Shown here piece after piece: positions 21,081-28,811 of a stretch of 64,000 nt of DNA (the stretch's first letter is position 1; every line of letters begins with the position of its first letter). Location: the sequence record OQ363659.1. One strand, 5' to 3'. The notes below the pieces were generated by a model. The model saw nothing but the letters and a program-made list of their open reading frames with translations, did no database searches and was not told where the DNA came from. The translations under genes were made by a program, and so were the position numbers.

Positions 21081-21572
21081 TCACAAGTAGTATTTCGCTT
21101 TACTGACAACATTCGCTAGGAATGCATGATCGGTAGGTAGTTGTGCAACCCGCTGGCGGTAAACACGATCGAAATGCTGTTGCTCACGGGCGGCCCACTT
21201 CGCCATACTCTTCTGGAACACTGAAGGCTTTGGTACAAGCTTGTGCAGATTGATCAGTGCTTTGGAATCCACCAGAGCTTCGACACTTGGATTGAATTCC
21301 AGATATCGTGCGATCTGCGACATACCTGAATGGTTCGACACCGACGTTATGGTCGCTGCTTCATGCATCTTTAAAGGACGAACGAGAATAGGTGTCCGAA
21401 CAGGATAGATGCCTTCACAGGTCGATGTCAGTGGACGAGAGATATGTTGGGCTGGGTGCGGCATTACAGCAACGATAGAACGGTTGTACAAATACGGAGA
21501 ATTCCGCAGCTGTGCAAACATCTCTTCAGCGGTTTTAGACTTACCTCGGTTGAAGTTCCATTCCAAGCTCAT
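21081..21572 (-). CDS. Hypothetical protein
   Basis: Start uncertain; MSLEWNF chosen because it lies downstream of the hairpin at 21632-21650. Confidence 0.7.
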   Translation of the reverse strand: MSLEWNFNRGKSKTAEEMFAQLRNSPYLYNRSIVAVMPHPAQHISRPLTSTCEGIYPVRTPILVRPLKMHEAATITSVSNHSGMSQIARYLEFNPSVEALVDSKALINLHKLVPKPSVFQKSMAKWAAREQQHFDRVYRQRVAQLPTDHAFLANVVSKAKYYL

Positions 21573-21627
21573 TGATTGCTTCCATTGGTTTGATTGTTGT
21601 GCAACGACGCCATCCGGGAATCTCGGA

Positions 21628-21650
21628 CATAAGCTGGCTTGGAGCCAGCT
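21628..21650 (-). terminator. Hairpin + TATG element
   Basis: AGCTGGCT-CCA-AGCCAGCT followed directly by TATG. Confidence 0.55.
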
Positions 21651-21728
21651 CAATGTGACGTGCGGAGCGTTTGCGATCGGTTCTATGCAGGCTGGCGTAC
21701 AACCGACGGAAACCTCTTTTCATCATTC

Positions 21729-22343
21729 TTAATCCGACCAGCTGCTGGAACCGGAGTCACCCCAGGAACTGGAGCTACTCGACGAACTGCTGTCCCCGCC
21801 CCAGCTTGTGGAGCTAGAGGAACTGCTACTCGAACGAGATGACGAATCATCGTAGCTGGTACTGGACGAGTTATCGAAACTCGAGCTACGGGTGTCATCG
21901 AAGCGAGTAGACGATACAGGTTCCGATGGGCGAGCGGCTTCTGCACGTGCAGTGGAGTAAGCATTTTCAGATGCAACGCGCGCTTCGTGGTCACCCCAAC
22001 CGGCGCGGGATGGTTCTGGTTCCGAACGAACGGCATCGCTTACCATGTCGACAACGTTGTCGATGGCCAGTGCCGTCACTACGGTATCCAGCAGACTGTC
22101 TTCACGACGGGTATAAGTCGGAGCTGACGGTGTAGATGATACCGACATGCGTGAGGTAGCAGCGGTACGTTGACGAGATGGTGGCAAGCGATAGCTATCG
22201 CGTACCTCAGATTCACCAGCCGAACGAATTGGGGTAGAGCGTTGGCTACGACCGACTTTCTGTTGGTCGAACACCAGGGGTTCTTTCTTTTTGATGCCGA
22301 AGAAACTTGCAAACCAAGCTTTGATACGTTGCCACAGACTCAT
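21729..22343 (-). CDS. Low-complexity protein with Ser-rich C-terminal tail
   Basis: C-terminal ~60 aa poly-Ser/Asp/Gly with WG repeats; mixed Ser codons. Confidence 0.8.
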   Translation of the reverse strand: MSLWQRIKAWFASFFGIKKKEPLVFDQQKVGRSQRSTPIRSAGESEVRDSYRLPPSRQRTAATSRMSVSSTPSAPTYTRREDSLLDTVVTALAIDNVVDMVSDAVRSEPEPSRAGWGDHEARVASENAYSTARAEAARPSEPVSSTRFDDTRSSSFDNSSSTSYDDSSSRSSSSSSSSTSWGGDSSSSSSSSSWGDSGSSSWSD

Positions 22344-23050
22344 GCTTCGAATTCCTTTAAACGGGGATCATCTGGTTTATGGATTTGGTGCCAGTCAATA
22401 TCGATGTACGGATAGTCAAGTTCATGTTCTGTCAACCATGCCTCGATTTCCTCAACCACACTGGCTTCGTACAGATTCTTGATAATCGGTACGTTTGCTT
22501 CTTTTGCTAATTGCAGAGCAGTGTTAGTGCCCCCTTCGCATTTCGTTGTTCCTTTAGGTTTAGCGTAGTAATACATCGCACTAACCAGAGAAACCAAATC
22601 TGCTCCATGGATCTGATACACATTGCGGGTATGCAGCAAAACCCCACCAGGTGATAGACCATAGAAACCACCACGAGCAATTGCAGCCATGCTTAACGCA
22701 GTTGCAGTAGTAGTTGAATCAAACAGTGATGCATCGTAGTAGAATGGATTATCTTTAACCCATCTCCCATTCGCACCATCTTTGTGTAAGTACACCCTCG
22801 CGCCAATTTCTTGGTATCGCTTCGACTGCGCTGCGCCATAAAGGAACGCACGGTCTGAATCCCATGCGTCCCCTGATGACATTTGATACCCTAGATCCGT
22901 ATAGGTGCGACCCAAACGGATCATGAGCTCTAATGCCCATTCTGGTACAGTGCGTGAACCGACTCCCGCGACGTAACCGTTAATCAGTACAACCACCCAC
23001 ACGTGGAGGGAATTCCAGGTAATAGAGATGCCGACGACTTTCTTGAACAA
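22340..23050 (-). CDS. SLOG/DprA-like Rossmann-fold nucleotide-binding protein
   Basis: AGVGSRTVP, ..SSGDAWDSDRAFLYGA, GGTNTALQLA match the SLOG-superfamily pattern GIGSR...SGGA.GAD.AF...GGT; start uncertain. Confidence 0.65.
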   Translation of the reverse strand: MFKKVVGISITWNSLHVWVVVLINGYVAGVGSRTVPEWALELMIRLGRTYTDLGYQMSSGDAWDSDRAFLYGAAQSKRYQEIGARVYLHKDGANGRWVKDNPFYYDASLFDSTTTATALSMAAIARGGFYGLSPGGVLLHTRNVYQIHGADLVSLVSAMYYYAKPKGTTKCEGGTNTALQLAKEANVPIIKNLYEASVVEEIEAWLTEHELDYPYIDIDWHQIHKPDDPRLKEFEA

Positions 23051-23378
23051 ACACGACTTCTTTAACGATCCAGCCAGCCTTCGTCAAAGCTTTCTTGGTT
23101 TGTTCCACTTCTTCATCAGTCAAGTACCGACAAGCGGGTAGGCGAATACACCCACTACTCAACGTGAATGCACGAACCTGTTCGGCGTTACCGAGTAGAT
23201 CAGACATCACGTTAAGTACGATGACAACGTTTTCGGTGTACGCATCTAATGCACTACGCACTTGGTGTGGTGCTGGAATCGATTGCAAAAATGGGGTAAC
23301 TCGTTCACCGAGAATCTCAGCAGCAGGTGTACCGTATTCACAGTGATTCCACCAACGCTTCAACCATTCTGGGATCAA
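22980..23378 (-). CDS. Hypothetical protein (paralog family C)
   Basis: TTG start in a TTGA overlap; C-terminal AGW...FP motif. Confidence 0.65.
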   Translation of the reverse strand: MIPEWLKRWWNHCEYGTPAAEILGERVTPFLQSIPAPHQVRSALDAYTENVVIVLNVMSDLLGNAEQVRAFTLSSGCIRLPACRYLTDEEVEQTKKALTKAGWIVKEVVFVQESRRHLYYLEFPPRVGGCTD

Positions 23379-23893
23379 GGGAAGATCACCTTCAACGAAG
23401 TAGAGTTCGGGTTGACCTGGGTGAGCGTTACGGTTTTCCAACCAGCGTCCAGATACTTCTGACGAACGATGTCCGTCACACGACCGCTCAGTACGAACGG
23501 AGCCGATACTTCCAGGAAGCTACCGGTAGCCGAAGCAATCGGTTTGACTTTGATCAATTCAGCTTCGAACTTCATGATGGCTTCAAACGCAGCTTGGTGC
23601 GTGTAGCGATCCATGAATACTTCAGGGGTTACAACATCAGGTAGATCGTGACTACCTGTACCATGTGGCTCGTGAGCACACGGGATTTCAGTTCCGCTCA
23701 TCATCTGTTCCTTGTATCCATCCTGGAATGCTTTGATAGCAGGATGTTCAGTTAGGGGCAATGTCTGTAGTGCTTGCATGAATGCAGCTTCCGCCTCGCG
23801 ATCAGCCGGAGACTTAAGAATGCCTGGGCCGATACGACCGGTGTAGCAGTTTCCGGGTTGCTCGTAACGGTTGCAATGTATGTGGTCTGACAT
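23375..23893 (-). CDS. Hypothetical protein (paralog family C)
   Basis: Start MSDHIHC after AAGGA RBS; C-terminal AGW...FP motif. Confidence 0.75.
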   Translation of the reverse strand: MSDHIHCNRYEQPGNCYTGRIGPGILKSPADREAEAAFMQALQTLPLTEHPAIKAFQDGYKEQMMSGTEIPCAHEPHGTGSHDLPDVVTPEVFMDRYTHQAAFEAIMKFEAELIKVKPIASATGSFLEVSAPFVLSGRVTDIVRQKYLDAGWKTVTLTQVNPNSTSLKVIFP

Positions 23894-23979
23894 GACGTTT
23901 CCTTTAATAGCTAGTGGGGCACGGATGTACCCCACAAACTATTGTTCCGTTAGTATTTAAGAACGGTACAGGCTACGCC

Positions 23980-24717
23980 TCACGGGGTCATCAACGCGCC
24001 ACCAACTGCGCGGATGGTGCTGCTCAGTTTTTGCTGTGCAGCCTCGCTGAGGTCCAACGGTACAGCGACTTGCGGATACATCCGAGCCAGTTCATCGCAA
24101 TCTGCTTTGTGCAGTTCGGCATTATAGCTACCGTCCGCACCAAGCCATACTGGTCTTTTAGCTTCTACTTCTTCAGGAGTAGGCAACCAATCCAACCCCG
24201 CTCGAGCAAGGTGTTTCAGTTGTTCATCCTTTTCTACTACCAACTCATCCGGGATCGATGGATCATGATCTGGATTAGTTTGAAAGCGCTCAATACCTGC
24301 AAGAGTGTCTTCGATGTGAACTTCCGCACTGGAGGAACCCACTTCGATCAAGCCAACACTCTTTTCAACCATGCACATATTGAACACTCCAAGTTTTTGA
24401 TTTCCGATAGAATTCCACACCTTGCCATCCATACCGAAGTCGCGGTATGAGAAGAAGGGGTGGTTTTCAGTGCCTTCGGCCCACGAGATATGAGCTACGT
24501 AGAACCGACCTTGCTTGCTAACCTTCACATAACGGGTACTGTTGATCAGATACCCTTTTCCTTCCGTGAAACTAACTGCTCCATTGAAGAACCACTTGGC
24601 GATCTGTGCCGCCTCTTCCTGTGTAGCACGGTCAATCTGAAAGCTACGTTTCTCCCGATCGTAGATAACAGTGACCGTGTGCAGTTGAAGGATACTCCCG
24701 TCCATTTCGGAAATCAT
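23980..24717 (-). CDS. Hypothetical protein (245 aa)
   Basis: Start moved to MISEMDG, downstream of the small ORF 24747-24920. Confidence 0.75.
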   Translation of the reverse strand: MISEMDGSILQLHTVTVIYDREKRSFQIDRATQEEAAQIAKWFFNGAVSFTEGKGYLINSTRYVKVSKQGRFYVAHISWAEGTENHPFFSYRDFGMDGKVWNSIGNQKLGVFNMCMVEKSVGLIEVGSSSAEVHIEDTLAGIERFQTNPDHDPSIPDELVVEKDEQLKHLARAGLDWLPTPEEVEAKRPVWLGADGSYNAELHKADCDELARMYPQVAVPLDLSEAAQQKLSSTIRAVGGALMTP

Positions 24718-24746
24718 AACAGCCCCATAAGTCAAAAATGCTCGAC

Positions 24747-24920
24747 CTAAGCCGAGCGCTCCAGTGCTTGCATTTCTTTGTATATTTGTTGCTTTTCTTG
24801 CATACGCTCGATGCGGTGGCATTTCTGTTTCGCCCACTTGCTCGGCGACCAGAACCTCATTGGTCTACGCGACCAGTACTCCCAACCACATCCCTTACCA
24901 CCAGTTTTGCTTCTCGACAC
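24747..24920 (-). CDS. Small basic protein (57 aa, MSRSKTGGKGCGWEYWSRRP...)
   Basis: AGGAGG RBS 8 nt before GTG; manual translation; below the ORF-track cutoff. Confidence 0.8.
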   Translation of the reverse strand: MSRSKTGGKGCGWEYWSRRPMRFWSPSKWAKQKCHRIERMQEKQQIYKEMQALERSA

Positions 24921-24957
24921 GATTTTACCCTCCTAAGGGCTGACTGTATAAATCGTG
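24918..24957 (-). promoter_or_regulatory. Hairpin occluding the RBS and start codon of 24747-24920
   Basis: CACGATTT...GCCCT-TAGG-AGGGT...AAATCGTG; SD and GTG lie in the stems/loop. Confidence 0.5.
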
Positions 24958-24996
24958 TCCAGACCTGCTCGTAGATTGGCATCTACTTCTCCTTTT

Positions 24997-25485
24997 TTAT
25001 TGTTGTTTGATCTTAGCCACAAAGATGCGGTTCAGATCTCCGTGCTGCGGGGTTTTCTCAGAACTAACCATTGCCCGTCTATCTGCATCTGGGGCAAAGA
25101 AGTTAGTGCTGTGGGTCAACCGGAACGTATTGTCCGGCAGTTCATCGAAGTGATAGAACGGCTCGATGTTCATTGGTGTAAGCACAGTGTACTTAGTAAT
25201 GATCAACGGACGCCCATCACCTAGGATAAAGTGGGGGATGTATTTCTTACCTTCAATATGGCGGATGAGCTCGATGTTAGATTCATCGGGGATCTCGCCA
25301 TCAAAGAATGTCCCTTCGGTATGCAACAGAATCCACTGCTTGCCTTTTCGCTCCAGGTGACAGAAACGCTTGTTACCTGGAACCAACGGGATAGACTTGT
25401 AGATCACGTTATCACAGAGGACTACACGATCTCCACTCAAACAAAAGAATATTTGCAGCTTAGTAGGCGGTTGCTTCTTGGCCAT
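24997..25485 (-). CDS. Hypothetical protein (162 aa)
   Basis: ORF track. Confidence 0.75.
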   Translation of the reverse strand: MAKKQPPTKLQIFFCLSGDRVVLCDNVIYKSIPLVPGNKRFCHLERKGKQWILLHTEGTFFDGEIPDESNIELIRHIEGKKYIPHFILGDGRPLIITKYTVLTPMNIEPFYHFDELPDNTFRLTHSTNFFAPDADRRAMVSSEKTPQHGDLNRIFVAKIKQQ

Positions 25486-25493
25486 GCTTTTCC

Positions 25494-25919
25494 TTAATAC
25501 AGGTGTTCTGAAAACAGTTCTGTCTCAGAGCCACCTTCTTCCAACAGTTCACGCCCCTGCTCACGGCAAAGGTTGTACGCATCAGTACGGTTCCAGAACA
25601 TGCCATATTGGTCAATGAAACCTTGTTCGCATTTACCGTAGGCTTTCAAGGCATCATCGCCTATCAGCTCTAGGGTAAACCACATGGGTACGGAGAAATG
25701 CCGACTACCCGTAACAATGAAATCGCCATAGCGGTTAGCAGCACAAACAATTACACGCTTGACGTTGTAACGATCCCAACGCCAACCCTTGAAGTCTGGT
25801 TCATCTATCCAGCAGCGTTCGTGTAGCAGCTCATTAGCAACAGCAGCTGCCTGTGCAACGATGCGTACACGAATCCACAGAGGAATCCATCTAAGCCAAC
25901 GATTACGCTTTAGCCGCAC
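25494..25919 (-). CDS. Conserved phage hypothetical protein
   Basis: CAAN...GSRH...EQGFIDQYG.F.NR..A...LFSEHLY, a pattern I recall from widespread phage proteins of unknown function. Confidence 0.75.
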   Translation of the reverse strand: MRLKRNRWLRWIPLWIRVRIVAQAAAVANELLHERCWIDEPDFKGWRWDRYNVKRVIVCAANRYGDFIVTGSRHFSVPMWFTLELIGDDALKAYGKCEQGFIDQYGMFWNRTDAYNLCREQGRELLEEGGSETELFSEHLY

Positions 25920-26373
25920 AGAATGCCTCGTAGTCCGGGATCAAAGTAAACACGGTGTAGTTGTTACCTTCGAGACTGAGTTGTTTCTTCGGCATCATCA
26001 GGTGCCCTGCAACTTGGGCAGCGGTATGCAGTGCCAACATTTGATCCGCTGGAATAATACCGGCCAACGAAACGGTGATACCCATCAGAATGGCATTGCC
26101 TTCAGGATTAGGATCTTCAACAATCCCGAAACGACGTTGGCCTGAACCAGTGATCGTTTCCACAGCCTGCAACGAATGGAATGTATCTTCGTCGTTGAAA
26201 GCTTTATGCACATCCCGATAGGTCAACGCTGTTACCGATTGTAGCGGGAACATCTGGCGAGGCCATTCAGGGAATTCTTCACCTGGGGTAGGGTCAACCA
26301 AGAAGTCTACGTGTGGGGTGAGTTCATGGGTGACAATAACTTTCCCATTTTCTGGGCTCTGGTTGTGAGACAT
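25903..26373 (-). CDS. Hypothetical early protein (156 aa)
   Basis: GGAG RBS; first gene after the early promoter. Confidence 0.8.
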   Translation of the reverse strand: MSHNQSPENGKVIVTHELTPHVDFLVDPTPGEEFPEWPRQMFPLQSVTALTYRDVHKAFNDEDTFHSLQAVETITGSGQRRFGIVEDPNPEGNAILMGITVSLAGIIPADQMLALHTAAQVAGHLMMPKKQLSLEGNNYTVFTLIPDYEAFCAAKA

Positions 26374-26401
26374 TTAAAAACTCCAGTTGGAATGCAGAAT
26401 T

Positions 26402-26430
26402 GTAATATAGATTTGAGATTTTATTGAAAC
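26402..26430 (-). promoter_or_regulatory. phiKZ-type early promoter
   Basis: GTTTCAATAAAATCTCAAATCTATATTAC on minus strand. Confidence 0.8.
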
Positions 26431-26437
26431 GACATAA
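26402..26437. repeat. 36-bp terminator-tail/promoter repeat, copy 1
   Basis: 34/36 identical to 42300-42335. Confidence 0.85.
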
Positions 26438-26456
26438 TGGTTACCCGAAGGTAACC
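26433..26456 (-). terminator. UUCG hairpin + TATG with no protein gene directly upstream
   Basis: GGTTACC-TTCG-GGTAACC then ATTATG. Confidence 0.8.
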
Positions 26457-26620
26457 ACCAGAGGTCAGGCTCTAATAGACAAGGTACGTAGATGAGCATT
26501 CGTTGCTTCTCAGCAATAATGGTCACGCTCATGGGTGCAACTAGGCTGGATCACCTCCTCATGGACTGCGCATTAGCGCGGGCCTTGTCTATACTATCAT
26601 GCACAAAGTATTTAATTACA
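26433..26620 (-). ncRNA. Candidate structured small RNA carrying a 16-nt complement of the 16S rRNA 3' end
   Basis: 10-bp closing stem (26475-26484/26583-26592), three internal hairpins including a GAGA tetraloop, AGGAGGTGATCCAGCC at 26544-26559, own terminator. Confidence 0.55.
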
Positions 26621-26676
26621 TAAACCTGGTAGAGGGGCTAATCTTATGACTTCTAATAAAGAACAAGGGCTCAACC

Positions 26677-28800
26677 ATGCAAAGCTATTTCCGACGTTTG
26701 ATGGGCGTCGTAGTTGCTAAAGAACAAGGCAACGAAATCATCCTCTCCGGCGTAAACGGGAACCATCTCGTTCGGGACATTTCCAAGTATTGGAAAACAT
26801 CGCGTATTGCATCTAACATTTTCAACCACGCTAGTTCTACGGAACTCAGGTTCTATAAGTTCTTCGCCCCGGACTTCCTGTATATCCTGAACAGCGTAAT
26901 GAACTATCGTTCGCGTTTCATCTCGGTTCGTACTGCGGCTGCCATTCGTAGCGCGATGCTGGAATCGACTTGGGTAGGTAAAGCATTTGCTAAACCCGAT
27001 CCGCAAGCTGTTGGTCGTCTGGACTTCTCCAAGCTCAACAACCTGAAGTTCTCGGCTAAACCACCACAGCTCGAATACTTCCAGTCCTACAATACACGAC
27101 TGGACCAGTGGAACTTGGTGGGTGACCTGCTACACGCTGAGCCTGGTACTGGTAAGACGTACATGTGTACGGCTATCGGTGAAATGCTCAATGCCGATAA
27201 GATGGTATTCTTCTGTGAGAAGCGAGCTGTTGAAGTTGTATGGGAAGCATCGATGGATGAGATGTACCACCAGAAACAAACTGTGTGGTCCTCTGCAATG
27301 GGTCGTCCTTATAATGGTGAGCGGATTATCATCGTTCACTACCAATGGCTGTCGAACTTCCTCGACATGGTTCAGACCGGTATGTTTAAAGGCCAGAAGA
27401 TCTTCACTGCGCTTGATGAATGCCACAACATGAACGACCCTAAGTCTTTGCAGACTCAGCTCTACATCGCGTGCGTTAAGGCTCTGGGCTCACAAGACAA
27501 CATCCTGGCTTCTGGTACTCCGGTTAAAGCGCTGGGTGCTGAACTGATCACGTTGATGACCGTATCTGATCCACTGTTCACTCCGGAAGTAGAAGCACGC
27601 TTTCGGTTGATCTACGGTAAGGAAGGCGGTAAGGGTCTGGACATTATCCGACACCGAATGGGTTTCATGTCGTTCTTCATCGCGAAGACTGAAAAGGACA
27701 CAGGCCTCAAGCCACCGATTAACAAGCCGTACAAGATCCAGATCCCGAATGGTAATGACTTCACGCTCCCTGCTATTAAGGTAGTGATGGAAGCCTTCAT
27801 TAAGGAACGAGTTAAGTTCTATAAGGAACGGAAGCCACGAGATGAGAAGTATTGGGCCGAATGCTTACGGTTACACGAAGCTACCCTTCGCACGAAAGAG
27901 CAGATGGCAGCTTATAATGAGTACCGTCGTGTTCTGAAGATCGTTATCGCTAACCCTGACCCACGCTTTACTGGCGAAGAGATCAAGGCTACCAACAAGT
28001 ACGAGAAGATGGTGTTCGGGCCTTCGCTGCCACAGTCGATGATTCACGAGTTCCGTGATGTCAAGTCTGCTATCAAGTACGTGATGCTGAAGATCCAAGG
28101 TGAAACTCTCGGACGTATCCTCGGTGGTAAGCGGATTGAATGTCACGTTGCTATGGTTCCGCACGTTGACTGGGTTGGTATCGTTGAATCCACACAGAAG
28201 AAAACGATCATGTTTACTTCGTTCGTGGAAGCACTGGAAGCATCAGATGCACACACCCGTAAACTTGGTATGACTCCGATTGCGGTGTACGGCAAGACCT
28301 CTAACGAACTGGCTTCGATTGTAGGACGCTTTGATAAAGATCCTAAGCTGAACCCTTTACTTGCTACATACGCGTCGCTAGCGACAGCTGTGCGGTTAAC
28401 CATGGCTGACACCATGTTAATCCTGAACTCTCCATTCCGTAGCTATATCCTCGAACAGGCTATTGCACGTATCTGGCGTATTGGTCAAGATTCACAGTGT
28501 GTGGTTTACACAGCCGTACTCGATACTGGTGACGTACCAAACATCTCTACTCGATCAGCTGATATCTTGGCTTGGTCTCAAGCGATGGTTGAAGAGATCA
28601 CAGGTGTTAAGTCTCCGTTTGAACAGAAGGAAGCATTCGAGTCTTACATCGCTAGTGCTCCGCAAGAGTTCGACGACAACAAAATGTTCTACGCGGTACT
28701 GAAGAAATCTCTGGAAGCCTACGACCTAGACGTGGAACGGAAAGAATTCGAAGTTCCTAAAGCTACGGCTAACCGCGTTCCTGGATGGATGAGATCTTAA
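26677..28800 (+). CDS. SNF2-like superfamily 2 helicase
   Basis: Motif I LLHAEPGTGKT, motif II LDECH, motif III ASGTP, motif VI QAIARIWRIGQ. Confidence 0.88.
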   Translation: MQSYFRRLMGVVVAKEQGNEIILSGVNGNHLVRDISKYWKTSRIASNIFNHASSTELRFYKFFAPDFLYILNSVMNYRSRFISVRTAAAIRSAMLESTWVGKAFAKPDPQAVGRLDFSKLNNLKFSAKPPQLEYFQSYNTRLDQWNLVGDLLHAEPGTGKTYMCTAIGEMLNADKMVFFCEKRAVEVVWEASMDEMYHQKQTVWSSAMGRPYNGERIIIVHYQWLSNFLDMVQTGMFKGQKIFTALDECHNMNDPKSLQTQLYIACVKALGSQDNILASGTPVKALGAELITLMTVSDPLFTPEVEARFRLIYGKEGGKGLDIIRHRMGFMSFFIAKTEKDTGLKPPINKPYKIQIPNGNDFTLPAIKVVMEAFIKERVKFYKERKPRDEKYWAECLRLHEATLRTKEQMAAYNEYRRVLKIVIANPDPRFTGEEIKATNKYEKMVFGPSLPQSMIHEFRDVKSAIKYVMLKIQGETLGRILGGKRIECHVAMVPHVDWVGIVESTQKKTIMFTSFVEALEASDAHTRKLGMTPIAVYGKTSNELASIVGRFDKDPKLNPLLATYASLATAVRLTMADTMLILNSPFRSYILEQAIARIWRIGQDSQCVVYTAVLDTGDVPNISTRSADILAWSQAMVEEITGVKSPFEQKEAFESYIASAPQEFDDNKMFYAVLKKSLEAYDLDVERKEFEVPKATANRVPGWMRS

Positions 28801-28811
28801 AGGTGTAGGTA

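Noticed and set aside
21683-22036. Alternative-frame ORF in the Ser-rich gene, considered as a programmed frameshift
   Set aside because: No slippery site recognised; low-complexity sequence explains the open frame.
26544-26559. 16S match as a true rRNA gene fragment or simple primer contamination
   Set aside because: Flanks are not rRNA-like, the match does not include the primer's terminal bases, and it is integrated into local base-paired structure. Read-level checking is still advisable.
26646-26720. 24-aa uORF overlapping the helicase start, with a repeated TAAAGAACAAGG 12-mer
   Set aside because: Short, with no further support; could be chance or an alternative-start remnant.
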